A stretch of 64,000 bases of DNA from contig NZ_JAIRAU010000047.1 of assembly GCF_020073745.1 (NCBI RefSeq), positions 29,990-93,989 on the forward strand, written 5' to 3'. The notes below the pieces were generated by a model. It worked only from the letters and a program-made list of their open reading frames with translations. It ran no database searches and was not told where the DNA came from. Source of the DNA: Nannocystis pusilla (GTDB taxonomy: Bacteria; Myxococcota_A; Polyangia; Nannocystales; Nannocystaceae). The position numbers and the translations under genes are program-made. Of the stretch, positions 10,816 through 19,454 are shown piece by piece (position 1 is the first letter of the stretch; each line of letters begins with the position of its first letter).

Positions 10816-11205
10816 ATGTCCGACATCCCGCGCAACCTCCGCTACACCAAAGATCACGAGTGGGCCCGCCTCGAGGCCGACGGCACCGTCGTCGTCGGCA
10901 TCACCGCCCACGCGGTCGACAACCTCGGCGACGTCACCGTCGTCGGCCTGCCGGCCGTCGGCGCCCGCTTCAGCGCCGGCGACTCGTTCGGCACCGTCGA
11001 CTCGGTCAAGGCCGTGAGCGAGCTGTACGCGCCGCTCGACGGCGATGTGGTCGCGATCAACGAGCGGCTCAATGACGCCCCCGAGCTGGTCAACACCAGC
11101 TGCTACGGCGACGGCTGGATGATCCAGATCCGCCCCGCCGATCCCCGCGCCCTCGACGGCCTGCTCGACGCCGACCAGTACGAGGCCCACCTCAAGAGCG
11201 AGTGA
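10816..11205 (+). CDS. gcvH: glycine cleavage system H protein (lipoyl carrier)
   Basis: Typical GcvH sequence YTKDHEWARLEADGTVVVGITAHAVDNLGDV...SVKAVSELYAPLDG, with the lipoyl-Lys context SVKA. Confidence 0.9.
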   Translation: MSDIPRNLRYTKDHEWARLEADGTVVVGITAHAVDNLGDVTVVGLPAVGARFSAGDSFGTVDSVKAVSELYAPLDGDVVAINERLNDAPELVNTSCYGDGWMIQIRPADPRALDGLLDADQYEAHLKSE

Positions 11206-11215
11206 CGCGATCGGC

Positions 11216-12220
11216 ATGACTGTTCGGCTCGCGCTCGCCGCGGCGCTCGGCCTCGCGCCGGCCGCGGCCTCGACGCCCGCCCCCGAGGGCCCGGCGGCGC
11301 CGCCTGCGAGCCGAAACACCCCCACGGCCGCCCCCGAGGGCCCGGCGCCTGCCCCCGCGAGCCCGCCCCCGCCGGCCCCCACGCGGCCCCCTCCCGTCGA
11401 GGCCGAGGGCAACGCCCGCGCCGAGCCGCCGGGCGGAGTACCGCCGGCCGGCGTGCCGAAGATCCCCTCGCCGCGCTCGCTCGCCACCTACGGCAAGGGC
11501 GGCCCGGTCAAACCGATCTCCGAGGAGACCCTCGGCGCCGTCGGCCTGACGCGCCGGCGCGACGGCACCCTGATGTACGTCGATCCCGGCAAGCGCTTCA
11601 CCGCCGAGTTCAACGCCGACGGCACCGTCCGCTTCGGCGACCGCTGGAACCGCGACCAGCACGGCAACAAGATGAAGGGCTCGCGCGCCGCCCTGCGCCA
11701 GATCAACATGGCCGGCCTCGGCGTCTCCGGCCCCTCGGAGTGGCTGGTCAAGCTGCAGGACCTCATGGGCGGCCCCGAGGTCGACGCCAGCGCCAAGCGC
11801 GAGTTCCTCGACCGCACCCGCGAGCTCCGCACGCAGATGGCGGTCGAGTGGACCATGCGGATCTTGACCTACCGCCTCGGCACGCTCGAGCGCGAGCTGT
11901 TCGAGCTGTGGAGCGCCGCCGGCGACGCCGCCGCCAAGCGCGAGCTGATCTTCCAGCGCTGGGACGAGTGCGACGAGGCCTACCGCGTCACGATCGAGGG
12001 CGAGCTGCCCGAGGAGGCCGTCTCGGAGCTCGATCGCGTGCGCACCGACACCGCCGACCAGGCGCGGCGGATCATCGAGCAGTTCGTGCGCCGCCAGCTG
12101 CCGCGCACCGGCCCGCACGCCTTCAGCCGCAGCGAGCTGACCGACATGAACCGCCGCCGCACCAGCCGGCAAGAGTTCCGCCCCTACGACCTGCAAGCGA
12201 ACAAGAGGACCGCCCCGTGA
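11216..12220 (+). CDS. hypothetical secreted protein with Pro-rich N-terminal region
   Basis: Signal-peptide-like MTVRLALAAALGLAPAAAS. High GC3. Stop overlaps the GTG start of the next gene (GTGA). Confidence 0.5.
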   Translation: MTVRLALAAALGLAPAAASTPAPEGPAAPPASRNTPTAAPEGPAPAPASPPPPAPTRPPPVEAEGNARAEPPGGVPPAGVPKIPSPRSLATYGKGGPVKPISEETLGAVGLTRRRDGTLMYVDPGKRFTAEFNADGTVRFGDRWNRDQHGNKMKGSRAALRQINMAGLGVSGPSEWLVKLQDLMGGPEVDASAKREFLDRTRELRTQMAVEWTMRILTYRLGTLERELFELWSAAGDAAAKRELIFQRWDECDEAYRVTIEGELPEEAVSELDRVRTDTADQARRIIEQFVRRQLPRTGPHAFSRSELTDMNRRRTSRQEFRPYDLQANKRTAP

Positions 12221-13386
12221 CTCCGATCCGCCCCGAACTGCAGCCCGAGCTGGCCCGCTACCGCAGCGACTACCCGATCCTCGCCCACTCGGTCTACATG
12301 AACAGCAACAGCATGGGCGCGATGCCGCGGCAGGCCGCCGACGCCCTGCAGAAGTACACCGACGACTGGGCCCGCGAGGGCGTCGAGGTGTGGCCGCACT
12401 GGCTCGACGTCATGCGCGACACCGCCGACAGCGCCGCGCGCTTCCTCAACGCCCCGCCCGGGCAGACGATCCTCAACCAGAACGTCGCCTACTTCCAGGC
12501 CGCGATCGCCAGCTGCCTCGAGTACCCGAAAGGCAAGAACCGCGTCGTCGTCGAGTCGCTGCAGTTCCCCAACGTCCTCTACGTGTGGGAGCGCTTCACC
12601 GACCTCGGCGCCGAGCTGGCGCTCGTGCCCTCGGACGACGGCATGACGATCCCGACCGAGCGCATGCTCGAGGCGATCGACGAGCGCACCGCGATCGTCC
12701 CGCTGTCGCACGGCATCTACGTCTCGGGCGCGCTGCAGGACATCACCGCGATCACCCGCCGGGCCCACGAGGTCGGCGCGCTCGTCATGGTCGACGTCTA
12801 CCAGACCGCCGGCGCGGTCCCGATCGACGTCGCCGAGTGGGGCGCCGACATCGTCGTCGGCGGCAGCCACAAGTGGCTGTGCGGCGGCCCCGGCACCGCC
12901 TTCATGTGGATGAAGCCCGAGGTGCGCGAGCGCCTGAGGCCGCGCCTGGTCGGCTGGATGGGCCACCAGGACCCGTTCGCGTTCGAGGCGCCGCCGATCC
13001 GCTTCGCCAGCGACCACCGCCACTTCCTCGCCGGCACGCCCTCGATCCCCGCCTACTACGTGGCCCGCGCGGCCTACGAGAACCTGCACGAGATCGGGGT
13101 GCCGCGGATCCGCGCCCACAACCTCGCGCTGTGCCAGCGGATCATCGAGCGGGCCCAGGCCGCCGGCCTCGTGGTCCACTCGCCGCTCGAGCACGAGCGC
13201 CGCACCGGCTTCGTCGCCGTCGACTTCGCAGGCAGCGAGGAGGCCAGCAAGCGCCTCATCGACGAGCACTACAAGCTCGACTGGCGCCCCAACTGCGGCC
13301 TCCGCCTCGGGCCCCACTTCTACAACACGGAGGCCGAGGTCGAGCGCATGATGGACCGCATCGTCGCCCTCGCCGGCCGCGCGTGA
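12217..13386 (+). CDS. aminotransferase class V-fold PLP-dependent enzyme (kynureninase/SufS-like fold)
   Basis: GTG start overlapping the upstream stop. PLP-lysine context GGSHKWLCGGPG. Overall class-V aminotransferase layout. Confidence 0.7.
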   Translation: MTPIRPELQPELARYRSDYPILAHSVYMNSNSMGAMPRQAADALQKYTDDWAREGVEVWPHWLDVMRDTADSAARFLNAPPGQTILNQNVAYFQAAIASCLEYPKGKNRVVVESLQFPNVLYVWERFTDLGAELALVPSDDGMTIPTERMLEAIDERTAIVPLSHGIYVSGALQDITAITRRAHEVGALVMVDVYQTAGAVPIDVAEWGADIVVGGSHKWLCGGPGTAFMWMKPEVRERLRPRLVGWMGHQDPFAFEAPPIRFASDHRHFLAGTPSIPAYYVARAAYENLHEIGVPRIRAHNLALCQRIIERAQAAGLVVHSPLEHERRTGFVAVDFAGSEEASKRLIDEHYKLDWRPNCGLRLGPHFYNTEAEVERMMDRIVALAGRA

Positions 13387-13416
13387 TTCGTCCGAGCACC
13401 ACTCCTGCCGAGCGCG

Positions 13417-13440
13417 GGGTCGCATCGACCGATGCGACCC
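13417..13440. terminator. 10-bp perfect stem hairpin (GGGTCGCATC / GATGCGACCC, 4-nt loop) 3' of the aminotransferase gene
   Basis: Inverted repeat read directly. No T-tract follows, which is usual in GC-rich genomes. Confidence 0.3.
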
Positions 13441-13570
13441 GCGGGGAGCCGGGCCAAGGCGCAAGGAGCCGGGCCGATGCGAGGCGGGCCGATGCGAGGC
13501 GCGGGAGCCGGGCCGATGCGAGGCGGGCCGATGCGAGGCGCGGGAGCCGGGCCGATGCGAGGGCGCGGGG
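13441..13570. repeat. tandem repeat, about 3.3 copies of a 39-bp unit (ggagccgggccgatgcgaggcgggccgatgcgaggcgcg)
   Basis: Read directly. Each unit contains two copies of gggccgatgcgaggc. Confidence 0.7.
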
Positions 13571-13590
13571 CTGCGGAAGAACTGGGTGGG

Positions 13591-13762
13591 GCGGGCCGGG
13601 CGTGGCGAGAATGGGTCCCTCGCGACGCGAGACCTGCCATGCCAGATGCTCGCCGCCGACGTGGTCCTCGGGACATGTCCGACGATTGGCTCGGCGGCTG
13701 CGCGTCAGGCATGGGGCCCCTCGCTGCGTCCCATTCTCGCCACGCCCGGCCCGCCCCGCGAC
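13591..13762. mobile_element. MITE-like 172-bp element, copy A, with perfect 25-bp terminal inverted repeats and a central GGACATGTCC
   Basis: Left end gcgggccgggcgtggcgagaatggg. Right end is its exact reverse complement (cccattctcgccacgcccggcccgc). The interior is an imperfect palindrome centred on cgggacatgtccgac. Confidence 0.6.
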
Positions 13763-13884
13763 GATCGTCTCGGGCCCCGCTCGGCGAGACGCGGAGACCG
13801 TCGTGCCGCCGGAATGGTGGTGGCGCTGCTGCTTCTCCCGGTTCTCTTCCCACCCCACGTGTCGTGCACGACGCGACCGAGTCC

Positions 13885-14020
13885 CCTGCACCCATTCACC
13901 GCCGCGACTCCTCGCCGCACGACGAGCAAGACCCAACCTGCTCCCCGTGCCCCTGCACCCATTCACCCCCGCGACTCCTCGCCGCACGACGAGCGGGACC
14001 CGAGACGCTCCCCGTGCCCC
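13885..14020. repeat. two tandem copies of a ~68-bp direct repeat
   Basis: cctgcacccattcacc(g/c)ccgcgactcctcgccgcacgacgagc... occurs twice in succession. Confidence 0.6.
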
Positions 14021-14233
14021 TGTACCGGGACGATCGTCGTCCCACACCGCCGATTCGCCTATCGATACGCCCGACGAACCGTTACCCGAGACGCACTCCC
14101 ACCCGCGCCGCAGATTCGCTCTCACACCTTCGTCACGCCGAGCCACACCGAGACGCACGCCCTCCCGCACCGCCGATTCGCCGGCACGACATTGTTCGCC
14201 TCACGAAGCGCGGGGCCCGAGACGATCGCCGCG

Positions 14234-14402
14234 GGGCGGGCCGGACGCGGCGAGAATGGGACGCAGCGAGGGGCCCCATGCCTGACGCGCAGCCGCCGAG
14301 CCAATCGTCGGACATGTCCCAAGAACCACATCGGCGGCGAGCATCTGGCATGGCAGGTCTCGCGTCGCGAGGGACCCGTTCTCGCCGCATCCGGCCCGCC
14401 CC
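14234..14402. mobile_element. MITE-like element, copy A', inverted relative to copy A (about 90% identical)
   Basis: Reverse complement of 13591-13762 with a few substitutions. Centre is cggacatgtccc. Together with copy A it brackets 470 bp. Confidence 0.55.
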
Positions 14403-14463
14403 ACCCAGTTCTCCCGCAGCCCCGCGCCCCCGCATCGGCCAGCCCTCGCCGCACCCGTCCGCC

Positions 14464-14784
14464 ATGCACCCCGACTACGCCCGCATCTACGCCACCATCC
14501 AGCGGATCCCCCGCGGCCGCGTCGCCACCTACGGCCAGATCGCCGAGCTCGCCGGTCTGCCCGGCCGCGCCCGCCAGGTCGGCTACGCCCTGCACGCCTT
14601 GCCTGGCGGCAGCCCCGTCCCGTGGCAGCGCGTCCTCAACGCCCGCGGCGAGATCAGCCTGCCCGGGGCCTCCGGCGCCCGCCAGCGCACCCTCCTGATC
14701 GAGGAGGGCGTCGAGTTCGGCGACAGCGGCCGCATCGATCTCGCCACCTACCAGTGGCGGCCGCGCCCCGCCCGGCGTCGCTGA
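14464..14784 (+). CDS. alkyltransferase-like (Atl) protein, MGMT DNA-binding-domain family without the Cys acceptor
   Basis: 107 aa. MGMT C-domain sequence with PWQRV in place of PCHRV, the hallmark of Atl/YbaZ proteins. Confidence 0.7.
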   Translation: MHPDYARIYATIQRIPRGRVATYGQIAELAGLPGRARQVGYALHALPGGSPVPWQRVLNARGEISLPGASGARQRTLLIEEGVEFGDSGRIDLATYQWRPRPARRR

Positions 14785-14790
14785 CCTTTC

Positions 14791-14864
14791 GCGCATGTCC
14801 CTGACGGCATGTCCTCACCGACATGTCCTCGTCGACATGTCCTCGATCGCATGCCCCCATGACC
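14791..14864. repeat. array of 5-6 RCATGYCC units with 13-bp period directly after the Atl stop
   Basis: cgcatgtccc-tgac-ggcatgtcc-tcac-cgacatgtcc-tcgt-cgacatgtcc-tcga-tcgcatgcccc-catgacc read directly. Confidence 0.7.
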
Positions 14865-15028
14865 ACCCGTCCATCTCCGGCGCGCCTCTCGATCATCCGC
14901 CCGCCTGCGACAACCTCGCACCGCCCGGACGCGCCCCGGACCTCGACCTCGCCTCCGCCGCGCCCGGCAGCGTCCGCGCGAAGCGGCCGGCCGACGGCGC
15001 GGGCTTGCGGTAGGATGCACCGTCGTCG

Positions 15029-16095
15029 ATGTCGTTCGCGCCGCTCCTCGCCGCGCTGCTTGTCACCCAGGTGCCCGAACCTCCGGCCGAGGCCGCGATC
15101 GTCTGGCAGGCTCCGCCCGGCTGCCCCGATCGCGCCGCCCTCGAGCGGGCGATCGCCGGCCGGCTCGGGCGCCTGCCGACGGCCCAGGAGCTCGCGCTCG
15201 TCGGCCAGATCGAGCGCACCTCTGCCGGGCGCTACCACCTCGACCTGCGCCTCACCGTCGCCGGCCACACCCAGACGCGCGCGCTCACGACCCGCCAGTG
15301 CGCCGCCCTCGTCGACGCCGCCGCCCTGCTGAGCGCCCTCGCCCTCGACCCCTCCGCCGCCGCCGGCGATCCGACCTCGCCGGTCGAGCCCGAGCCCCCC
15401 GACGAGCCCATCGAGCCCGACCCGCCAGCCGCCCAGGCCGCGCCCACCGAGCCCCCCGTCGAGCCCACCCCGCTCGCGCGCCCCGAACCGGTCGACCCCC
15501 CCGAACCTCCGCCCCCGGCCCTCGTCGTCGACCTCGCCGACCCCGCCGCTCCGACACCATCATCACCTCGCTCCCGCCGCCCCGGCGGCTTCCTGCGCCT
15601 CTCCGGCGGCTTCGAGGTCGGCACCCTCCCGCGCCCCACCGCCGGCCTCGACCTCGGCACCGGCGTGCTCTGGCGCCGCGCCCGGCTCGAGTTCCACGGC
15701 GTCTACCTCGGCCCGCAGACCGAGGCTCTCGGCGTCAATTCGGTGACCGTCGCCTTGTTCGCCGCCGGCGTCCAGGCTGCGCCCGGCTCGGCCGCGCCCG
15801 CCTCGAGTTTCCGCTGTGCGGCGGCTTCGAGCTGGGCGGCCTGCGCGGCCAGGGCCGCGGCCCCGGGGCCCGCACCGGCACCGGCATCTGGACCGCCGCG
15901 CGCGTCTCGGCCGGCGTCGCCTGGCACTTCCACCGCCTTCTGAGCCTCAATTTCGCCGCCCAGGGCCTCCTCCGCCTCGCCGCCGCCCGCTTCGACCTCC
16001 GCGACCCCGACGCCCCCGTCCGTCTGTTCGAGCCGTCCCCGGTGTCGCTGCGCCTGCTCCTCGGCCTCGAATTGCGCCTCGGAGACCCATGGTGA
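15029..16095 (+). pseudogene. outer-membrane beta-barrel-like protein gene interrupted by a frameshift near 15780-15800 (pseudogene, sequencing error or recoding)
   Basis: Frame A (15029..) reads a sensible protein to about 15790, after which sense continues in the frame of ORF 15298..16095. Repeated strand-like ARLEF...GGFE(V/L)G segments and a C-terminal ...LRLGDPW (terminal aromatic) suggest an OMP. The stop overlaps the sigma-factor ATG (ATGGTGA). Confidence 0.35.
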
Positions 16096-17327
16096 CGGAA
16101 TCCTCGCGGGCCGGGGACAGCACTCCTGGACCCGTGCAACCCACCGACCGAGAAGCGCGCTTTCGCGCCATCTACGACCGTGAATTCCCGTTCGTGTGGG
16201 CCGCCGCCCGGCACTTCGGCGTCCCCGCGGCCGCCCGCGACGACGTCGTCCAGGACGTCTTTCTCACCGCCTTCCGCCGCTTCGACCAGGTCCACTACCA
16301 GGTCTCGGCGCGCGCCTGGCTGTACGGCGTCACCCGGCGGGTCGCCTCGCACTGGCACCGCGGCGCCGCCCGCCACTCGCGCCGGATCGCCGCGTTCGGC
16401 GAGCTCACCGGCAGCCCCGGCGAGGCCCCGCACGAGCGCCACGACTCTGCCCGCGTGCTCGAGCGCCTGCTCGCCCGCCTGCCTCGCGGCGCCCGCGACG
16501 TGTGGGAGCTGACCGAGCTGCTCGGCATGAGCGGCCCCGAGATCGCCGCCGAGCTCGACCTCCCGCTCAACACCGTCTACTCGCGCCTCCGCCTCGCCCG
16601 CGCCCAGCTCCACGAGCTCGCCGCCAGCCCCGAGCTGCTGACGGCCGCTCGCCGGCGCGACGACCCGCCGCCGGCCGCGGCCGAGCGCACCTGGGCCGTG
16701 ATGCTCCCGCTGTTCACGCCCGCCAAGTTCGCCACCGTCGCCGCCGCCTGGGCCACCGCCCGCACCGGCGTCATGACCACCCTCCTCCTCGCCGGCGCCA
16801 CCGCCGTGGTCGCCGCCGCCCCGCCCCGCCGGGCCCGCGACCGCGCCGTCTCCACCCTGTCCCGAGAGACATCCACGCCCGCCCGTCCCGCCGGGGCCGC
16901 GCCCGACCTGTCCCCGGAGACAGCAGACTCCGCCCCGCCCCACCTGTCACAAGAGACAGCTCGCAGCGAAGCCCTGATGGCCGCCGAGGTCGCCCTCCTC
17001 GATCGCGCCCGCGCCAACCTGTCGCAAGGGACACCTCGCAACCCCGCCGACGCCCTCGCCGCCGAGGTCGCCCTCCTCGATCGCGCCCGCGCCCGCCTCG
17101 ACGCCCGCGATCCCGCGGCGGCCGCCCAGCTGCTGGCCACCCACGCGCGCGAGTTCCCGCGCGGCGCCCTCGTCGACGCCCGCGAGGCCGCCGCGGTCGA
17201 GGTCCTGTGCCTGCAGGGTCGCCCCGCCGACGCGGCGGCCGCCGCCCAGCGCCTGGCTGCGCGGCTGCCCGACTCGGTGCTGGCCCGCCGCTTCGAGCGC
17301 TTCGTCTGCCCCGACGCCCCGCGCTGA
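16089..17327 (+). CDS. ECF (sigma-70 family) sigma factor fused to a C-terminal transmembrane/periplasmic anti-sigma-like extension
   Basis: Region 2 (FVWAAARHFGVPAAARDDVVQDVFLTAF) and region 4 (DVWELTELLGMSGPEIAAELDLPLNTVYSRLRLARAQL) are clear. The same ORF continues through a hydrophobic segment (TTLLLAGATAVVAAA) into a repeat-containing domain (AEVALLDRARA x2). Confidence 0.65.
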   Translation: MVTESSRAGDSTPGPVQPTDREARFRAIYDREFPFVWAAARHFGVPAAARDDVVQDVFLTAFRRFDQVHYQVSARAWLYGVTRRVASHWHRGAARHSRRIAAFGELTGSPGEAPHERHDSARVLERLLARLPRGARDVWELTELLGMSGPEIAAELDLPLNTVYSRLRLARAQLHELAASPELLTAARRRDDPPPAAAERTWAVMLPLFTPAKFATVAAAWATARTGVMTTLLLAGATAVVAAAPPRRARDRAVSTLSRETSTPARPAGAAPDLSPETADSAPPHLSQETARSEALMAAEVALLDRARANLSQGTPRNPADALAAEVALLDRARARLDARDPAAAAQLLATHAREFPRGALVDAREAAAVEVLCLQGRPADAAAAAQRLAARLPDSVLARRFERFVCPDAPR

Positions 17328-17401
17328 AGGAAACCGGCGCCGCCGGGGACGAGTCCGGGAGGAGGTCGCGGTTCCTGCCGGGAGCGCCGAACCTCGCCGG
17401 C

Positions 17402-17806
17402 TCACTCGTTGTGCGCCAGCACGGCGCGGATCCGCAGCGCCCCTTCGTCGTCGCGGCGCAGCGCGTAGGTCGAGCGCTCGTTGCCGACCTCGCGCCCGTA
17501 CGAGTCGTGGTACGGCCAGCGCACGCGCACCAGGACCACGCGTTCGCCGAGCCACTCGCGCTCCTCGACATCGGCGCGGGTCGAGGCTACCCCGCGGTCG
17601 GTGTACCGGGCGCGCGACCCGGCGAAGAAGCGCTCGACCTCCTCGCGGCGGGCGATCGCCTGAACCCCCGTGTCGGCGAGCAGCAGCGCCGGCGTCTCGT
17701 ACAGCGTCGCCACCGTCAGCGAGTCGCCCTCCACCAGCGCGTGGCCGAGGATCGTGAAGAACGCGTCGACCTCCTGGTCACGCCCCTGGTTCGTCGCCGT
17801 CGTCAT
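17402..17806 (-). CDS. hypothetical protein (small, possibly NTF2-like fold)
   Basis: Start MTTATNQGRDQEVDAFF, with the ATG complement at 17804-17806. High GC3. No signal peptide. Confidence 0.4.
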   Translation of the reverse strand: MTTATNQGRDQEVDAFFTILGHALVEGDSLTVATLYETPALLLADTGVQAIARREEVERFFAGSRARYTDRGVASTRADVEEREWLGERVVLVRVRWPYHDSYGREVGNERSTYALRRDDEGALRIRAVLAHNE

Positions 17807-18024
17807 GTGTGCACCGTGTTGCACGCGGCGATCGACGCAAGCACCCGACCGACTCGTCGCCCCACTTTGCCGCCCGTGGGCCTCCACGGCCCTTTTCACC
17901 CCTTCCGCGCAAAGTCCGCGAATTCCCTGCCCAGCGGCCGCGACCGCCGCCGCTCGCTCGCGCGCTCAGCGGCGCCCCGGCTCCACGCCGCGAGCTCCTC
18001 GGCCGCCCGCCCAGCTCGCCTTCC

Positions 18025-18090
18025 GGACATGTCCCTTACGACATGTCCTCCAAAACACTCCCCATCAGACATGCCCCTCAGGACATGTCC
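18025..18090. repeat. array of four GGACATGTCC-type units between pmbA and the 17402..17806 gene
   Basis: ggacatgtccc / cgacatgtcc / agacatgcccc / ggacatgtcc, with two exact GGACATGTCC copies. Confidence 0.7.
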
Positions 18091-18104
18091 CATTCGATCC
18101 CACC

Positions 18105-19454
18105 TCAGACCGCGTCGCTCACGCTGGCGAAGTGGAACTCCTTCGCCACCAGCGGCGGCACCACCGCCAGCATCCCTTCGCCGGCGGTCCGCTCGGGCTT
18201 GCCGAGAGCCACCACGTTCTTGAGCAGCGCCGCCGGGCTCTCGTTGTAGCGCATGTTCTTGACCGGCCGCGCGATCTTCCCCTGCTCGATGAGGAACGTG
18301 CCGTCGCGGGTCAGCCCCGTCGCCAGGATCTGCCGTGGGTCGAGCATGCGGTTGTAGAAGAAGCGGGTCACCAGCACCCCGCGCTCGACCCCGCGGATCA
18401 GCTCGTTCAGGTCCTTGCCCTCTGCCGGGTCGGTCGCCGCCAGGAAGATCGAGCGCGGCGCCGGCAGCGGGGGCCTACTCTGCTTGTGGGCCCAGAAGCG
18501 GCTGTAGGCCAGCGCCTTCAGCATCCCGCGCTCGATCCACGTCGTCGCCGGCAGCGGCAGACCGTCGCCGGCGAACGGGATCGACGGGTAGCGCGGGTCG
18601 GCCGGGTCGGAGCGCAGCGACACCCGCGGGTCGAACAGCGCCTCGCCGATCGCGTTGCCGCCCGGGCGGCTGAAGAAGCTGCGCCCCTCGTCGGCCGCGC
18701 GGGCCTGCAGCGCCGACACCAGGAATCCGAGCAGGTCGGCCACCGCCTGCGCCTCGAGCACCACCGTGTAGGACCCCGGCGCCAGCGTGTCCGCCCCCTG
18801 GCTCGACATCGTCGCCTTGTCGGCCGCGCGGCGGGCCAGCCCCGTCGCGTCGAGGTCGGCCAGGCGGTGCGACGCCGCCCCGGCCCAGCCGCTGCCCTTG
18901 CCGTCGGCCGTGCGCATCGTCGTCGTCAGCGACGCATCGGTCGCCGCGTGGAGCGCGAACAGACCTGTCCGATTGGCCAGGACCGTCACCGCGTCCTCGT
19001 GCTCGACCAGCCCCGACGCCACCAGCTTGGCCTCGCGCGCCACCTTGAGCACGCGGGCCACCACCTCCGTGCGCCCCTCCGGCCCGACCTCCGCCGTCTT
19101 GGCGTCGCGCGCCGCCACCTTCGCGTACTGCTGCGGCCCCAGCGGCGGCTCGTGCTCCGGGTCCTTCGGCGCCAGCTTGGCCAGCGCCTCGGCCTCGCGC
19201 ACCAGCGCCTGCAGCGACGCCGTATCGCGGCCCGTGCCGGACACCGTCGCCACCCGACCCTCGCGCGCCGCCGTCACCGACACCTCGAAGCGCGCCGCCT
19301 CGCCCGACGTCGTCGGCGCCCCCGCGGCGAACCGCAGGTACGCCGTGCGCCTGGCCGACACACGCACGCTGACATCGTCGAACGTCGCCGCCGCCAGCGC
19401 CGACTTCGTGATCGCCCGCGCCTCGGCCGGGCTCAGCGGAGACGCCGCGCTCAC
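18105..19454 (-). CDS. pmbA: TldD/PmbA family metalloprotease, PmbA (TldE)-like subunit
   Basis: Family-typical length and C-terminal region. 4-bp overlap with the upstream tldD. Confidence 0.8.
   Translation of the reverse strand: MSAASPLSPAEARAITKSALAAATFDDVSVRVSARRTAYLRFAAGAPTTSGEAARFEVSVTAAREGRVATVSGTGRDTASLQALVREAEALAKLAPKDPEHEPPLGPQQYAKVAARDAKTAEVGPEGRTEVVARVLKVAREAKLVASGLVEHEDAVTVLANRTGLFALHAATDASLTTTMRTADGKGSGWAGAASHRLADLDATGLARRAADKATMSSQGADTLAPGSYTVVLEAQAVADLLGFLVSALQARAADEGRSFFSRPGGNAIGEALFDPRVSLRSDPADPRYPSIPFAGDGLPLPATTWIERGMLKALAYSRFWAHKQSRPPLPAPRSIFLAATDPAEGKDLNELIRGVERGVLVTRFFYNRMLDPRQILATGLTRDGTFLIEQGKIARPVKNMRYNESPAALLKNVVALGKPERTAGEGMLAVVPPLVAKEFHFASVSDAV

Noticed and set aside
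14791-14864. 13-bp-period repeat arrays considered as a CRISPR array
   Set aside because: Repeat units are only 9-10 bp and spacers 4-5 bp, far below CRISPR repeat/spacer sizes. The units are palindromic and dispersed genome-wide-style, and there are no cas genes.
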